Below the pieces are notes generated by a model. The model ran no database searches. It was not told the origin of the DNA and saw nothing but the letters and a program-made list of their open reading frames with translations. The translations under genes and the position numbers were made by a program. From TPA_inf: Saccharomyces (lineage: Eukaryota), in contig BK006939.2 of the NCBI GenBank assembly GCA_000146045.2, forward strand, positions 352,001 to 416,000: a DNA stretch of 64,000 nucleotides, in the 5' to 3' direction. Shown here in pieces: positions 11,100-23,214 of this stretch (its first letter is position 1; each line of letters opens with the position of its first letter).

Positions 11100-11702
11100 A
11101 TGGGTATTTCTCGTGATTCTCGTCACAAAAGATCAGCCACTGGTGCTAAACGTGCTCAATTCAGAAAGAAGAGAAAGTTCGAATTAGGTCGTCAACCAGC
11201 CAACACAAAAATTGGTGCTAAGAGAATCCACTCTGTCAGAACTAGAGGTGGTAACAAGAAATACAGAGCTCTAAGAATTGAAACCGGTAACTTTTCTTGG
11301 GCTTCTGAAGGTATCTCCAAGAAGACCAGAATTGCTGGTGTTGTTTACCATCCATCCAACAATGAATTGGTTAGAACTAACACTTTGACCAAGGCTGCCA
11401 TTGTCCAAATTGATGCTACTCCATTCAGACAATGGTTCGAAGCTCACTACGGTCAAACCTTGGGTAAGAAGAAGAACGTCAAGGAAGAAGAAACTGTTGC
11501 CAAGAGCAAGAACGCTGAAAGAAAGTGGGCTGCTAGAGCTGCTTCTGCCAAGATCGAATCTTCCGTTGAATCTCAATTCAGCGCCGGTAGATTATACGCT
11601 TGTATCTCTTCCAGACCAGGTCAATCCGGTAGATGTGATGGTTACATCTTGGAAGGTGAAGAATTAGCTTTCTACCTAAGAAGATTGACTGCTAAGAAAT
11701 AG
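11100..11702 (+). CDS. RPS8B: 40S ribosomal protein S8 (eS8), 200 aa, intronless
   Basis: [39 protein letters not shown]… is the canonical eS8 sequence. The chromosome V copy is YER102W. Confidence 0.93.
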
Positions 11703-12335
11703 AGATAATAAGATAATATTTTATTACACTACATGTACAATTTTACTTTTACTTTGTGTTGTCTCTATCTGCTTTCTTATTTTTAATATTTACCATTCCA
11801 TTTATAATTTGTAAAACAATTAACATAAAAGTTTTTTAAACTCTAGACCAGCAACATATCTTCAAATATCAGTTGATAAGGTAAAGTATGTTGATAGCAT
11901 TCTACCGTCACACTTATCTAGCAGATCTTTGTTAGGTAGATCTGCTAATATATTTTACGTAAGATTCGTTGTATGTGCGGGAAAATTTGTATCTGTTGTG
12001 GTAGTCACTCACCCTTTCTATGTATTAAAAACTGATACCTTCCATACTAGAAAAGACATTCAGTTGAATCCTTCTCCAAATCAAGGATACTATTGTCACT
12101 TCTCCATTGAGATTCGAAAAACCCCTCGGGTCTTGTTAGAACTAAATTACGTTCATAGGGGTGGGATTTATATTGTAATTCCGCGAGGTTTACACGAAAG
12201 ATATCTCAACTCTAGCCGCACATCCATTCCGGTATGTACTCTCCCACCATTGGGTATTATAGAATGTAATAGGTTTCAAAGCGGATATCTTTTGCCCGGT
12301 GAGTTGTTACTTTTTCATTCGAGCAATGAAGTACA

Positions 12336-12353
12336 TTCTAGAAGTTCCTAGAA
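12336..12353 (+). promoter_or_regulatory. Heat-shock element (four alternating nTTCnnGAAn units) about 235 bp upstream of the SSA4 ATG; STRE cores CCCCT at 12122-12126 and AGGGG at 12157-12161; TATAAA near 12453
   Basis: TTCtaGAAgtTCCtaGAAcc reads directly as an HSE. SSA4 is the strictly heat-inducible SSA member. Confidence 0.75.
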
Positions 12354-12588
12354 CCTTATGGAAGCACCAAGAAAAAAGGAAGTTAAACAAAACACTGATT
12401 CAATAAGCAAGGGGGGAAGCTCCTTAGTTTGACGACAGTAACAAAATGTTCGTATAAATTGAACGAAACTCAAGCCAATAAAGGACTTTTCAGAGGCCTA
12501 TCTCTTCTTTCTCCACAACTTTCGAATAAAAACCACTAATAAAAAGTAAATAACAAAAACAAGAAAAAAAATAAACAAAACAATAATC

Positions 12589-14517
12589 ATGTCAAAAGCT
12601 GTTGGTATTGATTTAGGTACAACCTATTCATGTGTTGCTCATTTTGCAAACGATAGGGTTGAAATTATCGCTAACGATCAAGGTAATAGAACGACGCCTT
12701 CTTATGTGGCTTTTACTGACACAGAAAGGCTAATTGGTGACGCTGCGAAGAATCAAGCTGCGATGAACCCACATAATACAGTATTCGATGCTAAGCGTCT
12801 GATCGGACGTAAATTCGATGATCCAGAAGTGACGAACGATGCTAAGCATTACCCATTCAAAGTGATTGACAAGGGAGGTAAACCGGTAGTGCAAGTGGAA
12901 TATAAAGGCGAGACAAAGACATTTACTCCAGAAGAAATTTCCTCAATGATCTTGACAAAGATGAAGGAGACTGCTGAGAACTTTTTAGGAACAGAAGTGA
13001 AAGATGCTGTAGTAACGGTTCCAGCCTATTTCAACGATTCACAAAGGCAAGCAACAAAAGATGCCGGTACAATCGCGGGCTTGAACGTTCTTCGTATCAT
13101 TAATGAACCTACAGCTGCCGCTATTGCGTATGGGCTGGACAAGAAATCGCAGAAGGAGCACAACGTCTTGATCTTTGATTTAGGTGGTGGTACTTTTGAT
13201 GTCTCTCTGCTATCCATAGATGAAGGTGTCTTTGAGGTTAAGGCTACTGCTGGTGACACTCACTTGGGTGGTGAAGATTTCGATAGTAGGCTGGTTAACT
13301 TTCTAGCCGAGGAGTTCAAAAGAAAAAATAAAAAGGATCTAACAACTAACCAAAGGTCCCTAAGGAGGTTAAGGACCGCCGCTGAAAGGGCCAAGAGAAC
13401 TCTGTCTTCGTCTGCTCAGACATCTATAGAAATAGATTCATTATTTGAGGGTATCGATTTCTATACTTCCATTACAAGGGCAAGATTTGAAGAATTATGT
13501 GCTGATTTGTTTAGATCTACATTGGAGCCAGTGGAAAAAGTTTTGGCTGATTCAAAATTAGATAAGTCACAAATTGATGAAATTGTACTTGTTGGTGGTT
13601 CAACAAGAATTCCAAAAGTACAAAAACTGGTTTCTGATTTTTTCAATGGTAAAGAACCAAACCGTTCGATTAACCCTGATGAGGCCGTCGCTTATGGTGC
13701 TGCCGTACAGGCTGCCATCTTAACGGGTGACCAGTCGTCGACGACCCAAGATTTACTGTTGCTGGATGTTGCACCATTATCTCTAGGTATTGAAACTGCA
13801 GGTGGTATTATGACAAAGTTGATCCCAAGAAATTCGACTATCCCAACAAAAAAATCGGAAGTGTTTTCCACCTACGCTGACAACCAACCTGGTGTGTTGA
13901 TACAAGTTTTTGAGGGTGAAAGGACAAGGACAAAAGACAACAATCTACTGGGTAAATTTGAGTTGAGCGGTATTCCACCCGCTCCAAGAGGCGTACCACA
14001 AATTGAAGTTACATTTGATATCGATGCAAATGGTATTCTGAACGTATCTGCCGTTGAAAAAGGTACTGGTAAATCTAACAAGATTACAATTACTAACGAT
14101 AAGGGAAGATTATCGAAGGAAGATATCGATAAAATGGTTGCTGAGGCAGAAAAGTTCAAGGCCGAAGATGAACAAGAAGCTCAACGTGTTCAAGCTAAGA
14201 ATCAGCTAGAATCGTACGCGTTTACTTTGAAAAATTCTGTGAGCGAAAATAACTTCAAGGAGAAGGTGGGTGAAGAGGATGCCAGGAAATTGGAAGCCGC
14301 CGCCCAAGATGCTATAAATTGGTTAGATGCTTCGCAAGCGGCCTCCACCGAGGAATACAAGGAAAGGCAAAAGGAACTAGAAGGTGTTGCAAACCCCATT
14401 ATGAGTAAATTTTACGGAGCTGCAGGTGGTGCCCCAGGAGCAGGCCCAGTTCCGGGTGCTGGAGCAGGCCCCACTGGAGCACCAGACAACGGCCCAACGG
14501 TTGAAGAGGTTGATTAG
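12589..14517 (+). CDS. SSA4: Cytosolic Hsp70, stress-inducible, 642 aa
   Basis: Hsp70 signatures ([23 protein letters not shown]-terminal PTVEEVD). The sequence differs from SSA1/SSA2 at diagnostic positions (…[11 protein letters not shown]…[25 protein letters not shown]…). 642 aa matches YER103W. Confidence 0.9.
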   Translation: MSKAVGIDLGTTYSCVAHFANDRVEIIANDQGNRTTPSYVAFTDTERLIGDAAKNQAAMNPHNTVFDAKRLIGRKFDDPEVTNDAKHYPFKVIDKGGKPVVQVEYKGETKTFTPEEISSMILTKMKETAENFLGTEVKDAVVTVPAYFNDSQRQATKDAGTIAGLNVLRIINEPTAAAIAYGLDKKSQKEHNVLIFDLGGGTFDVSLLSIDEGVFEVKATAGDTHLGGEDFDSRLVNFLAEEFKRKNKKDLTTNQRSLRRLRTAAERAKRTLSSSAQTSIEIDSLFEGIDFYTSITRARFEELCADLFRSTLEPVEKVLADSKLDKSQIDEIVLVGGSTRIPKVQKLVSDFFNGKEPNRSINPDEAVAYGAAVQAAILTGDQSSTTQDLLLLDVAPLSLGIETAGGIMTKLIPRNSTIPTKKSEVFSTYADNQPGVLIQVFEGERTRTKDNNLLGKFELSGIPPAPRGVPQIEVTFDIDANGILNVSAVEKGTGKSNKITITNDKGRLSKEDIDKMVAEAEKFKAEDEQEAQRVQAKNQLESYAFTLKNSVSENNFKEKVGEEDARKLEAAAQDAINWLDASQAASTEEYKERQKELEGVANPIMSKFYGAAGGAPGAGPVPGAGAGPTGAPDNGPTVEEVD

Positions 14518-14801
14518 ATAAATACAAAGATGCGATGAAGTAGCAGCATCGAATTTCTTAGTTTTCCCTCTTAACAACTTTTTATAAGTATATATATAAG
14601 ATACACAATCAGTAATTAGCAAATGACTACTATTTGTACGTTCTCATCGTCATAAGCCAGAGTTTAATTAAGTGCCTCAACCGGGATGCGATTTCGCGTT
14701 CATATACAAAGCCGAAATGACAATAAGAAAGTCATCGCCAAACAACACGACTAATTGACCATTAAAAGGAACAAAATACAGTCAAAGAGTTTAGCTCGGA
14801 A

Positions 14802-15428
14802 ATGTACAGCAATCATAATTTAAATTCGGATGACTGTTGCTTCGATTGGAATGAAGAGAAGGCCGCAGAACTACAGCGTACAGGTGTTTCTTTTGACCGG
14901 AGTTTAACACCTCAATCTTTAAGAACATCTACACGTAGACTATCAGAAGAGAACAAACAACAAAGTGGCACTATGCACATTGACACTTCCCCTTCTGTGG
15001 TTTCAGATATAATATCAAGTAGACGAGATCGTTCACAGGATTTTTTTGGGCCTCATTCTTCATCCCCTATTGCCCCTTCAGAACGACAACGAGCGGATCA
15101 GAGATCACGGTTGGAGTCCATGAGATTAACTAGACGTCGAGACAAAATGACCAAAGTACGCGGTGGCCTAGAAAAGATGGAAGAAATGATCATGCAAGGT
15201 GAACACCTTAGAGAAATGCAAAGGCTAAAGCAGGAAGCACAAAAGAACGCTCTACCCTCTGACATGGCTGAATATATGGAATGGCAAAACAACGAGGATT
15301 TGGAAGACGATGAGTTGCTTGCCTTTATTGAAAAACAGGAAACTTATAAAAATGAATTAGAACACTTTTTGAACAATGCTAATAAAAATGTTTATGAGAA
15401 CAACTCGTATCCGAACTCTCATACGTGA
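14802..15428 (+). CDS. RTT105: Small acidic/charged protein, 208 aa (regulator of Ty1 transposition 105)
   Basis: ATG at 14802; 208 aa matches YER104W between SSA4 and NUP157. The sequence is low-complexity and charged. Confidence 0.75.
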   Translation: MYSNHNLNSDDCCFDWNEEKAAELQRTGVSFDRSLTPQSLRTSTRRLSEENKQQSGTMHIDTSPSVVSDIISSRRDRSQDFFGPHSSSPIAPSERQRADQRSRLESMRLTRRRDKMTKVRGGLEKMEEMIMQGEHLREMQRLKQEAQKNALPSDMAEYMEWQNNEDLEDDELLAFIEKQETYKNELEHFLNNANKNVYENNSYPNSHT

Positions 15429-15837
15429 TGGCATCATTGCTATTACAGAAATAGCCCTAGCCTGTCATATTTAACTGAGCTGTTGAGTATGGGCATCTTT
15501 CCGCATGCGCTAACTACGGAGCTGGCTCTTCCCCTTCTATTAATCCTTCTGGCAGGAAGCGAAAGCGACTGATGTCGTTTCTACGTTTCTATGTATATTC
15601 TATCGCGTTTAAGTGTGTATATTTTGAGCTGCTCAAGTGAAGGGAACGTATTCAGAATAACTAGATTCTCTGCCATACGATCAACTAACTGTTTACCATA
15701 TACAGTCTCAGTTCGCTACGGTTAGCGTACCGTAAAACAGCAGTTTACATTCACTATATAAAGGATGACGTAAGAATTTGCCTACGTATTAAAGAAAACT
15801 TCACAATCAAACTGCTAAAATATACAAATAATTCCGT

Positions 15838-18800
15838 TCATTTCAGGCCATGATGACGATCCTTCACATAATCTTGAACGGGATCGGTATTCGGATCATA
15901 TTTCTCCAATTTTTTGATTTGTTCTGGCGCAATTGAACCGCGTAAATCTGAATCACTTTGGTACCAATCTTTGATCAACCATACCATTTCTTTTTTTGCC
16001 AATTCGACATTTCCTTCAGAGTTTTCTATGATACGACTTAGAATGTAATAGAGTTTTAAATGAGAAACTCCGGCAAGCAAGAACATTGAACATACAGATC
16101 CATCAGCAGCTGAACTTTTATCAATGAATGATTCTAATATTTTATTCATTAAGAAATGTACAGGGAAAACAACGTCCGTATCGCGTGTTGTTTTACCAAT
16201 TCGAATTAGTGTGTTGGATATCGAGGAAAGAAAGGATTCTTGGCCTACACTTCCCACGTCAGGCGATGGAGCATTTTTCATGCTATCGAGCAATCGATTC
16301 CACTCTCCTTGAATGACTTTTTCATCTTTGAATTGAGATACTTTGAAAATTCTTAGTTTTATTTCGTAGTAATCTAATGGGTCTGCACAATCATTAAAGA
16401 GATCTGATAATGGGAGCACCCTTCCATTTAGTTTAAGTGTTAGTTGCTTTCTATAATCTTCGTCAATCCTTGTTTCATTCCTTACCAAATTAAGTAGGTC
16501 ATCCTGAATGGAAGCTATGTCGAAAAGTTCGTGGATGTTCTCAGATAACTGGACCAGTGCCGGCTTTTGGTCGAATGACGTTGAGCTATCACAAAGACCG
16601 TTTGCTCTTGCTAGGCATTCGATTCTTTCACTTAATTTTAAGTCAAAATCAGAACTAGCTAGAGCATATAAAACATCAGCTGCTTCAAGAAAATGTTCTT
16701 CTTTGAATAAGTAGAACCACAACAGATTACTAATTTCTAGAGATTTTTCTGCTCTTTCTTTCAAGTACGGCAAAACAAATTGAGAATCCAAACGTAATAA
16801 GTAGTCTTGTCTTTTATTTGCGACAAGCCAATCATAAAAGCAATAATGGAAGAACCTGTTATTGCTATTCATTATCACTGAGTAAACTCTTTTCTTCAGT
16901 GACGAAGCTGGTGAAAAAATAGATATATTTGCAATTGAAGGGGATTGTTCGATAGATGTATAGTCATCCACGCTTTTGACAATCTCAAAAATCAAAGTGT
17001 ACACATTTATGCGTTTGTCATAAAAAACTTTTCTTGGATCGGCAGTATTACAACCTCTAGACACATACTCTTGTGCTTGGTTTCCTTTATCAATTTTATC
17101 TGCAAATCTAAGTAGAAATCCAACAGTCTTAGGCTGGTAATTAAGTTTTACCATGATATCCACCACACGTCTCAATTCACATAATTCTATATTCTCGGCA
17201 CACCTTTCATAAAGGTCAATTGCGGTATCTAAATGGTTCCTTGATATTTTAGAATCTATCATTTCAAACTTCTGTGCTGCTTCTAAATGCTCTCCTGCCC
17301 TGTAACACAAAATGTCTGCACTATGACAAAAAGATCCAAAGCGTTCCTTTAAAACGTTCACAATATAATCTGCCGATGTGCCGCTTGCAATATTAGCGTT
17401 TACAACTTCTATTAAAATCTCTTTTATTAATTGTTTGGTTTTTGCGTTAGGGGTAAACAAATCATGGAACTTAAGATCAAAAAAATACTCACGTGTCTTG
17501 GAGTCATAAACTCCCCCTGCACCCATCAATGTATTTAGCAAAGATTTGAAAGCATCAATATCTTCGTAGAAGACATTTATAAGGGAAAGCGCATCCTTAA
17601 TAGAATTTATTAAGAGGATAAGAGCATTCATAGCAATAGACTCAGCATCGGATGCAGTTATAGCATTGCTACCTTTCGGAGGCACAAATGAAACGAAGGA
17701 AGGACGGTGGATGTTGAAGAAATCTGCCAAAACAGATATCGATGATAAATAATACTCAACCTGTGGCCTAGTTATAGAAATACCAAAAGCATCCATTTTT
17801 TCCGTTTTGGAAGCCCTTTTAAAAACAAAGACCCTCTCTTCCCATATTTGGCTAAATAATCTTGTAATTAATAACGCAGAACCATAAAACCTGGGAGATA
17901 GTACTATACCATCACATTCACCAGATTTATCGAATAAATTTTGTGAGATTGGCGGCACGCTGCCACTTTCTCTAGAACTTTTCGGTTTTATTTCAACTAC
18001 CCCAGGTATACCGGCAGAGAAGAAGGCCAGGGCACTTGATTTAATATGCTCTGACTTATTAAACTTACAAGCTAAATAAAGTGCCGTAGAGCAAGCCTCA
18101 GATAAACCATAACTGTGAATAAATGGCAAAGGATTTTCAATCAAGCTTTCGAACACTTCGTCGGGCGTGCGATAGCAATAAATTTCTAAGGCATTGCTTG
18201 TTAAAACGGCAACTTTTAATGGTTCTGCACTGTATTGTGAGGCAAACACATTGGCGTAACCTTGGGGAGTAGAAGTGTAATTAAAAGATCTTGTTAAGGG
18301 AACAATCTCTTTAATTTCATCTGTCGTATCGAGTAGTGCGGTATTCTCTACATATTTACCATAATTCTTTAATATACCGTAATCTGGAGCACTAACGTAA
18401 AGTTTGTGTTCCTCTTTATTTTCCAGCAAAGCTTTATTTGTAATACCTTTAGATAGTTCTCCGGAATTAGCTCTTTTCCTCACGCACGTAAAGTATATAC
18501 CTGGTGATATTATCGTACTAGCGCAAGTGGTATTGATATAAGTTGAACTAGCTTTTTGTGTTGAAAGTGGGCCTGTATCATGTGTGTTTAAGGGGTGATG
18601 ACCGATTATGAAAGATTTATTTTGCTCGAGGGAGCTAGATATACTGGTAGGAGGAAACTTTACAGAGTCTAATTTTAATGAGCCAATCGATCTCCTAGAA
18701 ATGGAACCTTTGAAATACAAGCGTACCCCAGTAGTAGTTATAACAGCTAAGAATAAATCATTGTTCTCACACATAGAGATAGAAACAATTTTGGCAATCT

Positions 18801-20013
18801 TGAAAGCTCGATTACTGAGTAGAGGTGAATTTTTTACACCCAATGCATTCATTCCACGCCTGATATGAGCAGCATCAATGAGGACCGGTCCTACTAGCCC
18901 GTTACTAGTAATTAGGTAAGATCTGACAATAGATTTCGTTGATAGAGTATGTAAAACGCCTCTTGACTGGTCAACTTCGAGCTGTGATATAGTTTCTTCT
19001 TCGGTACCTGCATCCCCTTCTAGTACTTTTTGTATCAACTTTCCTCCGGGTATGCTAGGTATTAGTTTTGTAGGTAGTAAATTTGCTAAGTTTGACTTTG
19101 TCAAACATATTTTGTTACTCTTGCTATTGAATAGGTTCTCCGAGCAGTTATATTGTAATTCCCACACGTTGACACCATCAGTCGCACCAGTGAAAAATAT
19201 TTGTCCAGTCCTTTCGTAGCTTATTATGTTAGAAACGTTGAACCCAGTTACATTTACTTTTAATCCTGTGTTAAAGATATTCAACTCATGAGTACGGTCA
19301 TTAAATGATATTGTCAAAATATAGATATCAAAAAGAGTGGCGACAATCAATAAATTTTCAACAGAAGAAACAAAAGTGTTTGGGCTAGGCTTAACTAGTT
19401 TCACTTTTAAAATGGTGTGCTCGATTTCATCGATACAGTGGTATTCTGAACTATTATTGATATTCCACAAGATCAATTTATTATCAGAGGTTATCCAACA
19501 ATAGTTCAGTTCGAGAAAAATACCCATATCACTCTTTATTTCGGTATTTGAAACTTGTGATAAAACTTCATCTGGTATATTTGTCACTTGTTGTCTTTGG
19601 AAGGGGGTAAATGCACCTAATCCACCGACTTCATCTGAGAAATTATAATCCAAACCTTTACTATAATAGTCTGGATTATCTAGTATTGGCGTATTTCTGT
19701 CCCTAAAGCTCAAATCCTGGACAAATTCACTAGCCAACTGCAACGGTTCAGAGGAAGTCAACCCGCTTATCTTGACGTGTGTAGTTACGTCACGAAGTTC
19801 TGATTCAATAGTATTTCCAGCCTCGCCATACTTGTTTAATACATCTTTCCTGGTTTTTCTTTCGCTTAGGAAGGAACGGCTCGACAGGTTGGGCTTACCG
19901 TTGTTTTGGTCATCTCTTGGCCGATTCCTTAAGCGATTTCCTCCTAAGGAAGCCGAAGCCGTAAACGTTTCGCGATCGTAATCAATCCTCTTTTTTAGTG
20001 GAGTTGAATACAT
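15838..20013 (-). CDS. NUP157: Nucleoporin of the Nup155/Nup170 family, 1391 aa
   Basis: Long minus-strand ORF. The track's first residue is a GTG codon; the real start is the following ATG ([17 protein letters not shown]…). 1391 aa matches YER105C. Confidence 0.88.
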
Positions 20014-20325
20014 CACAATTGAAATCCGAGCTGTAGTTTTTGTGAAATGTTTCTCCTACAAACAGATTTTATTCTTAATTTCTTCTATTGATTTATAAAG
20101 CCATTCAAAATTCAGATGGAAATTATTCATTAGAAATCTTTCCTCTCCAAAGTCGGGTAATACTTTCTATTTTGTGTCACTAATTTTATAATACTTTAAT
20201 CAGCAAATACTATAATAATAGAATAATCTCCAGACGTTCATGGAAAGTTCAACAATGGAAACATAGCCATATTTATTTACTAGCAAAAGCATTTTCAGAG
20301 AATTTTTTTGTTTCCTGAAAAAAAA

Positions 20326-21234
20326 ATGAGGGAAAAAAGAACAATTTCAAATAAAGACACAAACTATCTCAAATTCCCAAATAAACTCCAAAGATATTCC
20401 CGATTCTTGAGCAGGAAGATATCCAATACCAGCCCAGAAAAGCAACCGAAGAAGAACATAAAAGAACACTGTTTATCGAGTTATCATAAAGAACACTCGG
20501 TAAAACCAAAGCAAAACTCCGGTAATGTTGCAGCAAAAGAAGACAAAGATACGCAGCATTTACAAAATAATGTCGCTAATGAAGAAGCAACGGAATGTCT
20601 AACAAGAAGTAATTTGAAAAAGTTACAAGAGAAAATTTTCGATAGAGAACTTAATGATATTGCCTGTGATCATTGTCTTTGTAGCACAGAAAATAGAAGA
20701 GATATCAAGTATTCACGACTTTGGTTCCTTTTTGAGTTGGAAATGAGTGAAAACTGGAATGAAAATCTCCGCCTTAGTTGCTATAATAAATATGTGTATT
20801 CCGCAATTGATGAGTCGTGGAAAATGGAGAATATTCTACTTAAAGAACAAGAGAAGCATTATGAATATTTTCCAATAGGACAATTACTGATACCCAATAA
20901 TATTGACTACACTAATAAACAGAAAAGGAAGGAAAACATTGAAGACTTAACAATTGAAATTGATAGTATTATAGAGACAAACCATCAAAAGAAAAGATTT
21001 TTGCCGCAAAGTGTCCTGATAAAAAGGGAGGATGAAATTGCATTTGACGACTTTCATTTGGATGCACGAAAGGTTCTAAACGATTTGAGCGCCACTTCTG
21101 AAAATCCATTCAGCTCTTCACCAAATACAAAAAAAATTAAATCAAAGGGAAAAACCTTGGAAGTGGTTCCCAAAAAGAAAAACAAAAAGATCATAGGTGC
21201 TTTGGAAAGAAAGCTACATATAGATGAAAATTAA
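20326..21234 (+). CDS. MAM1: Meiosis I monopolin subunit, 302 aa
   Basis: The track ORF starts at TTG 20308; the first ATG at 20326 gives 302 aa (MREKRTISNKDTNYL…), matching YER106W. Confidence 0.8.
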   Translation: MREKRTISNKDTNYLKFPNKLQRYSRFLSRKISNTSPEKQPKKNIKEHCLSSYHKEHSVKPKQNSGNVAAKEDKDTQHLQNNVANEEATECLTRSNLKKLQEKIFDRELNDIACDHCLCSTENRRDIKYSRLWFLFELEMSENWNENLRLSCYNKYVYSAIDESWKMENILLKEQEKHYEYFPIGQLLIPNNIDYTNKQKRKENIEDLTIEIDSIIETNHQKKRFLPQSVLIKREDEIAFDDFHLDARKVLNDLSATSENPFSSSPNTKKIKSKGKTLEVVPKKKNKKIIGALERKLHIDEN

Positions 21235-21447
21235 TGAAAGTATTGTCTGCACATTACCACCGGTTAAAACGGCGACTCAGTGTAACCTGTAAAACTTTTT
21301 ATCAATTTTGAATAGGTATAGAGAGATTTTCCTATTCTCTCCAAAAGAACCTGTATCATTAAAAAATATATATCTTTTACATATTGCAAATATAAAAAAT
21401 TACAAAAGTAATGTGGTTGCGCACGGAAGCTATCCGAAGAACGAATT

Positions 21448-22545
21448 TCACCTTTTCTTTTTCTCTTTAACCTCTTCATCAGTTGTGGCATGTAGCCTAA
21501 TGACGTTTGGATAGTCGGGTCTGTTGCCCATATGGCCTTGATGCCAATCATAACTTAGAGCGTACGCAAATACGCTACCATTCCTATTGAAGCTGCATAC
21601 AGGAATAGATGCTTGCAAAGTAGGATAGCCTTTCAATCTATGCCTTTGATTCTTATCCCAAAAATTGAAGGTACCATCACCACCAGCCGTAACAAAAGTA
21701 CCATATAATGGATGAAATGCAATGCTATTTACAGGATACACTAGAGATTGACCATTGGAGCCAGGTGCCCTATTAGGATTGGTTTGACGATGGCATTTAA
21801 ATGAAAAGCCTGATTTTTTCTGCATACCATCATCGATATACCTTATGGAGCATCTACCTTCCACTGAACCAATCGCATATCCATCGGCTTCATTATAACA
21901 TGCCACGCATCGAGTTTGCCATTTTAAAGGTGACGTGGTTGCCTTAAAAATCGTTGTTGGGTTTGCTAGATTGATAATAGCGATATGTCTTTCGGCAGTA
22001 GCCACTACTAACAGAGACTGTTTATTATCCATCGAATATACTCTTTCAGGCATCATTACGGTGGATACGGGCTGGGGTTGTCTCATATCCCAATATTTTA
22101 TGGTTTTATCCCAGGATCCGGTTACTATACACTCTGTGTTCGATGGTCCACATTGTACAAAACGTAATACTTTTATTGGCGCAGAATGCATTCCAATTTG
22201 CTGTGTTTGACCACTGGCAATATCGTACAATTTCAGGGCATTATCACACCCGCCTGAGGCTACTTTTGTACCATCATTCGACCATCTGGTACATAATACA
22301 GGGCTGGAGCTTTCATGCTGCGCTCTACCTTGAGGTACACCATTTTGGACATCCCAAATACGTACCTTACCGTCCCAGGAACTGGCACTAAACATGAAAT
22401 CTTGTTGCGGTGAAAACGCAATATCCGATATTGAGTCCTCTGCTGGGCTATTAATGACAATATCATTGGCCAAATCCTTTTCATTCGCCATTGCAGTACT
22501 CGTTCCCAAAGCTGAGGTTGTATTTGATCGATTAAAAAAAGACAT
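21448..22545 (-). CDS. GLE2: WD40-repeat nuclear pore-associated mRNA export factor (Rae1 ortholog), 365 aa
   Basis: WD repeats (…[10 protein letters not shown]…, …[12 protein letters not shown]…); 365 aa matches YER107C. Confidence 0.9.
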
Positions 22546-23214
22546 AGTTCCCCACTTTTCCTCTTCTTACGTATTTCTTTATTTTATTGTAATATGCAGA
22601 TTAAGGTTTATGATATTTGATCAAGGTGGATGTGCCGGAATGATTGGTATGGTAAGCTTGCCCAATTCTTATAAGTCAGTCTCTGTTCAAGTAAAATGGT
22701 TATATAGTGCTTAACCGGAACAAACCTTTAGCAATTGCGATCAACTAAGATATCTTATTGTAAACCCTACCGTCATCATATGAAATATCAATCTTAGAAA
22801 TCTTAGAGAGCAATGCAAAAAAAAAAAAGAGACGAGACGGTCATCGTAAATCATGATCATAGTAATGTCAAAAGTTAATTTACCATTATGCCAAGCTACT
22901 TCAATGAGTGTACATCAACCAGAAAAGTGCCTGTATTTAATGGTTCAAATGTTCTTTTTATAAGTACAATATCTTATCTAAAAATTAAACACTTCTATCT
23001 TATCATGGAAGAAAAACAAAGCTATCACAAAACAAATATCCTAAAAAACCGTTTATAAAAAGTCGTTGCTGTGAAAATGGTTCAGTTCACAGGGCTTAAA
23101 CCCATCCCCAAATTTAGCGAAATGTCAGATACGTAACTCCATTCTCCTAGCTTTTTATTATGTTTCCTGTCATTAAGAGTTTTTATTTTTTATTATAATA
23201 CTCAACACGTGACT

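Noticed and set aside
11929-12351. 140-aa ORF in the RPS8B/SSA4 spacer.
   Set aside because: It overlaps the SSA4 HSE/STRE promoter elements, has no recognisable domain and begins with a non-ATG codon. Most likely a dubious or non-coding ORF.
19981-20016. Apparent 1-nt frame inconsistency when hand-translating the first codons of NUP157 from the printed text around 19981-20016.
   Set aside because: The supplied ORF track gives an uninterrupted 1392-codon frame and all flanking anchors agree with it. This is most likely a transcription or reading slip on my part rather than a genuine frameshift, so it is not reported as a pseudogene.
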